64,000 bases of DNA from assembly GCA_963789395.1 (NCBI GenBank), contig CAWBKP010000014.1, positions 390,816 to 454,815 on the forward strand, read 5' to 3'. Made by a program: the position numbers and the translations under genes. Below the pieces are notes generated by a model that saw only the letters and a program-made list of their open reading frames with translations, ran no database searches and was not told the origin of the DNA. Shown here piece after piece: positions 58,846 to 64,000 of this stretch. Source of the stretch: an uncultured delta proteobacterium (GTDB lineage Bacteria > Desulfobacterota > Desulfobacteria > Desulfobacterales > Desulfatirhabdiaceae). Position 1 is the first letter of the stretch. The number at the start of each line of letters is the position of its first letter.

Positions 58846-59088
58846 ATGGCTATCCGAAAGAGAAAAGATAAGGACGGCTTCCGGATGAACTTTTTAAGAT
58901 CAGTGATGATAGTTTCAGTTGTAATCTTATCCGGCTGCGCTCACATCAAAGAAAATAGTTGTAAGGAAAAATGTAAATCCGAACAGATAGCGTGTATCCA
59001 AAGGGGCCGGGGCGAATTCAGAACCTATTCATCGTTAGGATGTAAAGAGATATATGACAGTTGCATCTCTGCTTGTTCCAGTAAATAA
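58846..59088 (+). CDS. Small Cys-rich lipoprotein
   Basis: Lipobox LSGC followed by six further Cys; start may be ATG 58885. Confidence 0.55.
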   Translation: MAIRKRKDKDGFRMNFLRSVMIVSVVILSGCAHIKENSCKEKCKSEQIACIQRGRGEFRTYSSLGCKEIYDSCISACSSK

Positions 59089-59306
59089 ATAATACGATTT
59101 TAAAAAGTGAAAAGCCTTCTTTCCTTTAGGGCGTATTATTGAACTGAAAAAAGATTCATTACGAAAAATGGGTGGAAATCTGTGGGGATTCTGGACAAAA
59201 AAAGGCCACGCCGTTTCCGGTGCAGCCTCTTTTGGAACTATTATTCAGGTGTTATTTCACAAATTCAAAGCCTGTCTATGGCTGAAATAGACGTTCAATG
59301 CTTTGA

Positions 59307-59419
59307 TCACGAGGTGAAGCCGATCTCCTGAAAAGGCTCGCCCCGCTTATGTGCGCTGATGCGGATAGTGACTTTCTTGTCAAGCCGTTTAAAAAAATCG
59401 AGCAGTTTATCCGTTGTGA
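59307..59419 (-). pseudogene. 3' remnant of an XRE/HTH_37-like antitoxin, cut by the IS
   Basis: Manual translation TDKLLDFFKRLDKKVTIRISAHKRGEPFQEIGFTS*, abutting the IS end. Confidence 0.5.
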
Positions 59420-61319
59420 CTTACATTCCGCACCCTTCACGTCACTAAGCGGAGTATTTTTTTGCTTTGCTAAGGAACTATAAATATTCTTGATGTTAGG
59501 CCCAGTGCCTTGAGGTATTCGATGTGTACAGGCTTCAGTGCTCGTGCCAGTTTGCGTTCCTTGCCCTGCTTAACGAGCAATACAGACGAGAATTTTGTAG
59601 TCATCATAAAAGCTGTGGGCTTGCGGGTGGGTCGATCTTTCCAACCTGTAATCCCTGGACTACTATTGTTCTTCTCGACATACTGTTGCATGCAGCGCTC
59701 CATCAGGCGCCAAATTAAAAGAGAGATCAACAGAATCAAGCCCAACACTTCGATGCGCTCAGGCTTTTTCAGAAAGATGCTATTGACGATCACCGGATCT
59801 TTTAGAAAACTGAAGTTCTTCTCGATGCCGTTTTGCTCTTTGTAGAGTTGCAGGAGCTTATCGGCTGGCCATTCCTTGATCTCTTGGTCAGTGGACAGGT
59901 TGGTGAGAAGGACAAAGCAACCGGCTTCAAGGCGTAGCGGCTTAACCGCTTGATCGTTCTCATCGATGTTGTAGCTGAGAATGTACTGGTAACCCTGCGG
60001 TACGCGGGGTTGACCATTAGCCGGGCGGCCGCGTCCGTACTTGGCTTTTTCCTCGATCTGTATCTGCAGGGTGTGATATCCGCTTTTGGCAACGGCATGC
60101 ATTTTTGAAGTGGCCACTTGAGCATCGTCTCTGCAGAAGAACGGTTTTGCGGCCGTATCCTTGCAGAGTTTCTCCAGTTGCTGGCGCTTGACTGCAAGAA
60201 GCCGATCGATGCGCTTATGGCGCCGTTTGTCATGGACACTGGAGTGCAGAACAATGGCACGGTAGTTGTTTTCATACAACTGGACCTGAGTGTCAAAGGC
60301 CTTGTAGTATGCAGGCGGTCGTTTGGCGCTACCGATAGATTCTGCCAAAGTGCCGATCCGTATCCATTCGTTTGTTGCCACAGCCTCCTGGATCACTCTT
60401 GAACACTCGCTGTAGTTGGACGGCAGACGACTGAGGATTTTGAGATTTCTCTGGCTGGACTTTTTTAGATTGTCTTCTGTGACATAGGCCGCATCTGCCA
60501 CGTAGATAAAAGCACCCGGCTCAAGGCCGTGTTGAGCCATGTGTTTTCCGATGTTTGAGAGCAGTTCGTTGTTGAGAGTCTTATCTGAAGAGTTGCCATT
60601 GTGGCAGGCGCCCAAAAGTGGGATGTTACGTTCTACGCAGAGCATGGAGACCACAAACTGCTTCAAATCTGGCCGCTTGTCCTTACTGTGTCCATAAGTG
60701 AGTTCAAATGGTGGATCTTGGCAATCATAATCACCATAGACAGTGATGGAAGTGGTATCAAAGTGAAAGCAATTGGTTCGGACCTCAAAGACATCCAAGG
60801 CGTTCTGTATGATCTGAGCATAAATCTTCTGGGTGCCGGTCTCATAAATTTGATCCATCCCCCGGCCCACGTTGTAATCGGAAAAACACGTCGGATCAAC
60901 CTCTGTGCCAAGTAGTAGCTCACTATCCTTTTCATCAAAGAACTCCTTGAGCCGGTAGAGAGGACTACGGCCCGAAAGTGTATCAAGTACCATGGCTAAA
61001 ACTGTTAGACCTGGTGAGCTTTCCATTTGGCTACCGACCAATCGGTCGATAGTATCCACCAGGTTGATCCGATTGGCAAAATGCTTAATAATAGGAAGGT
61101 GCCTGGCTTCGGTGTAGATCGGCTCCTCAAGAATGTGCTCTGACATTGTTGCTCTCCATCGCTATGTGTTAACGGTTGAGGGCAGTTTATCAGACTAGTA
61201 AAAGAATGTCTAGTTATATTAATTAGTTATAGATATCGCTTGGTTAAGCTACTTTTTAGACTATTTTTAGGGAAGGAAAAATAGACCGAGCAAGCCCTCT
61301 GGGGGGTGCTGAAAGTAAG
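59420..61319 (-). mobile_element. IS1634-family insertion sequence (1,900 bp)
   Basis: Terminal IRs CTTACATTCCGCACCC / CTTACTTTCAGCACCC (14/16); no flanking direct repeat. Confidence 0.85.
59470..61146 (-). CDS. IS1634-family transposase
   Basis: HFDTTS, YGHSKDKRPDLKQ, GNSSD, VADAA, YKEQNGIEKNFSFLK, FLKKPERI. Confidence 0.93.
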   Translation of the reverse strand: MSEHILEEPIYTEARHLPIIKHFANRINLVDTIDRLVGSQMESSPGLTVLAMVLDTLSGRSPLYRLKEFFDEKDSELLLGTEVDPTCFSDYNVGRGMDQIYETGTQKIYAQIIQNALDVFEVRTNCFHFDTTSITVYGDYDCQDPPFELTYGHSKDKRPDLKQFVVSMLCVERNIPLLGACHNGNSSDKTLNNELLSNIGKHMAQHGLEPGAFIYVADAAYVTEDNLKKSSQRNLKILSRLPSNYSECSRVIQEAVATNEWIRIGTLAESIGSAKRPPAYYKAFDTQVQLYENNYRAIVLHSSVHDKRRHKRIDRLLAVKRQQLEKLCKDTAAKPFFCRDDAQVATSKMHAVAKSGYHTLQIQIEEKAKYGRGRPANGQPRVPQGYQYILSYNIDENDQAVKPLRLEAGCFVLLTNLSTDQEIKEWPADKLLQLYKEQNGIEKNFSFLKDPVIVNSIFLKKPERIEVLGLILLISLLIWRLMERCMQQYVEKNNSSPGITGWKDRPTRKPTAFMMTTKFSSVLLVKQGKERKLARALKPVHIEYLKALGLTSRIFIVP

Positions 61320-62178
61320 TTCAAAAATCAGCAAGATTCCGTGTTATCGGTGTATCCACCAATATATTCTTTTCCTTGGTCAACTACAGGGATCAAACCT
61401 TCTAACGCGTAGTCTTTTTTCTGTGTTTTCTCCCCTCGCTTAACCTTCTTCAAAATTTCCCCAACCTTCACTTTCGCCCACCCCTCCGGGATGCGGCCGA
61501 GGGGGGAATCGGTGAAACGGGCGTGCTGGTGGCCGGGAAAGCGGAACTTGACGAACCACTCGCGGTAGAGGTTCTGCGCCATCTCCTCCAGAATCTTGAT
61601 CCGCCGCAAGTTGTTCTCGATCAGGTCGTCGTAGGCCGAGAGTATCGCCGCGATTTTCCGCTGCGTGGGGAGGGGAGGGAACGGAACTTCCGAGGTGTTG
61701 AGAATGTCCTGATTGAGGTTTGATATCTTCGTGCCGCCTACCAAAAGCGGATAGTGAATGTCGAATCACTTGCGTTCTGAAGCTGTAGGCATAGAGAACT
61801 TGGGAAAAACAATTCCCAGCAGTGAAACTGGTAATCGGATCGTAAATGCTGAATGAGTGACATACCCCTTCCGGTGGATTCTCGATAAAAGAGGCTTCGA
61901 CCAATGAGTTCTCGGTTGCCGTTTGAAATCGGACGAAAAAACAATGTCACCATTACGAAGAATGTTGCGAGCCGTAACAATACCCTCAAGGAATTTATTT
62001 AATTTGCTCAAGATCGGATCTATAACCTTGGCTTTGTGTTAGTCCTGGATAGTTAGATACGCCAACAACTTTCACACCGACGCCAAAGGTCATTCTTTAA
62101 TTGTAGTTCACCCCATTCCGTAAATTCGAGCAAAGATTCACCGAGGGCGTTTTGTCGGCCATTTTATCTTGGTCGCAT
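61320..62178 (-). pseudogene. hsdS: Type I R-M specificity subunit, frameshifted and truncated by the IS
   Basis: [49 protein letters not shown]; second TRD ends at the IS. Confidence 0.85.
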
Positions 62179-63287
62179 CACTCCCCCTCCATCAACTTCG
62201 CCACATTCTCCGTATCCGCTCTTTCTCCCTGATTCTCCATCCGTTTGCGGGCCATGGCGATAGCTTTGTGGAGTTTCTCTTGCAGCACTTCTTTTGGCAG
62301 TGAATCGGTGAGGTATTCGGCGACATGGATGCCGGAACTGCCCAGTTCCAGTAGTTCGATCTGTTCCTGTTTCTTACCGGCGCAGAGGATAATACCAATG
62401 GGCGCGTCTTCGCCCTCGCTGGCGCTCGTATTTATCCAGCCAGCGGAGGTAAAGTTCCATCTGTCCTTTGAGCTCGGGCCGGAATTTGTCGAGTTTCAGT
62501 TCGACCGCTACCAGGCGGCGCAAACGTCGATGAAAGAAAAGCAGGTCCATGATAGAAGTCGTCGCCGTCCAGGGTAATCCGTTTCTGGCGGGCGAGGAAA
62601 GAAAACCGACGCCCAGCTCCAGGATGAAAGATTCCATCTCTCGCAGAATCGCCGCCTCCAGGTCTTTTTCGGAAAAAGTATCCGGTGAGCCCGAGAAAAT
62701 CGAGGAAATAGGGGTCGCGGAAAACCAAATCGGGCGTAAGCTTATCTTCGTCGCGCAAGCCGTCGATCTCCTGTTCGATCAGCTCTTCCGGTTTCTTCGA
62801 AGGGCGGTGCGTCGTAGAGCATGGAGCCGATCTTTTTCTCCAGCGTTCCTGTCGACCATCCTTCGATCCCGGCACATCTCGGCGTAAAATCGCGTTTTAG
62901 CGGATCGTCCATATTGAGAGCATGCGAAAGTGCCTCCAGCTCAATTTTGCACACAGTGTGGACAAAATATTTCGTCCGGAAAACTTCGGCAAATCAGACA
63001 ATGTACGCAAAGTTTGTTTTCGTTCCACCCGCGACCATACTCGACCGCGATTTTGCCGACAGTGTCGGCAAAACCTGCCGGCATATTCGGCGCGCTTCTC
63101 CTGAAGGATATCCTCTCTAATTCGCCTGCCCACACTCCAATATAGCATGGAAAGGGCGGAGTTGACCCCCGTGGCGCGACGCCTTGCCGGGTCTCCTCGA
63201 TCATCCGGCGGAGGTCATCCAGCGGAGGCGATGTCACGGGCGGCACAGGTTTCTTTCCTTCACCAGATCACGCTTTTTGTTCGCCAT
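62178..63287 (-). pseudogene. YhcG/DUF1016 PD-(D/E)XK nuclease family protein, heavily frameshifted
   Basis: LYWSVG, LSWRHF, FRDPYFLDFLGL, FILELG.GF, DLLFFHRRLRRLVAVELK, GQMELYL. Confidence 0.82.
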
Positions 63288-63570
63288 CACTCCATCTCCA
63301 GCCCAATTTCACCACATTCTCCGCGATTCGCTCTTCCAGTTCCGGGCCTCGGCGTTGAGGCTTTCCAATTCCTCATTCTGCTCCTCCAGCCGCGCCTTGA
63401 AGTCGAAATCGTCTTCCTCTCGGGCGGCCACACCCACGTATCGTCCGGGGTTGAGGCTCCAGCCCTGGGCTTCGATCTCGGCCAGCGTCGCAACCTTGCA
63501 CAGACCGGGAATATCGGCGTATTTGCCATCTGGGAAGCTTTCTGCCATCAGGTCATAGCCTCCTTCCTGT
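63287..63570 (-). pseudogene. hsdM: 3' fragment of a type I R-M methyltransferase
   Basis: [41 protein letters not shown]; upstream DNA is AT-rich and not hsdM-like. Confidence 0.8.
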
Positions 63571-64000
63571 TTTCTTTGAAATAACAGGAGGATAATGGCT
63601 TGTGTGTCCATATCAGTCAATTGCCATTTTGTTACGTACAGCTTGCATATATTGCATGAGTCCGGCCATCTTCATGGATATTAACCCGGCAATTAAATAC
63701 ATCAACGTTAGCCGGAGAGTGGTCATTTAAAGCCTTATAAACTATATATCTGGCGAAAGAACTGTTTTCTAATGGTCATCTATTTAATTGCCAGGTTAAT
63801 ACAGATGGTGTCATTCACATTCCTGACCCTCATGCAACCGTAACAATTTTCAATCTGTAATCCACAGAAGTCTTTCATGCAAAAACACCTCTACATTTTT
63901 TTTCTTCCATTGCTTCCATAAGCCGCTATTCCAACATTTATCAAGAATTACCCTATGATAAAGCCGACATGCCTGTCAAACGAATTGACACATTCCGGAT

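Noticed and set aside
63571..64000. Continuation of hsdM or another gene
   Set aside because: AT-rich with no long ORF and no methyltransferase motifs; left unannotated.

Overview
A 64-kb bacterial window, inferred to come from an anaerobic Desulfobacterota/deltaproteobacterial genome. It contains many single-base indels, mostly consistent with uncorrected long-read error. (i) About 2.7-39 kb is a nitrogen supercluster: glnD-glnB-glnA, amtB-glnK, an operon of mvhD-like + three split glutamate-synthase genes + metV-metF, a Mo-nitrogenase cluster (nifH-nifI1-nifI2-nifD-nifK-nifEN-nifB-fdx-nifV), and a second amtB with a putative porin. Four sigma54-type promoters share an upstream TACA-N4-TGTA palindrome, and the glutamate-synthase leader begins with an ANTAR-type dual hairpin. 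(ii) 45.2-56.1 kb is the best candidate for an undescribed system: a tight four-gene operon encoding a ~1,800-aa double-lipase/CHAT-protease/TPR-like protein, a degenerate-SIR2-TIR fusion, a membrane-anchored nSTAND1-WD40 NLR-like receptor and a metacaspase. (iii) The right end is a broken type I R-M locus (hsdM 3' fragment, yhcG, truncated hsdS) cut by an IS1634 element. All domain calls are from motif recognition by eye; no searches were run.
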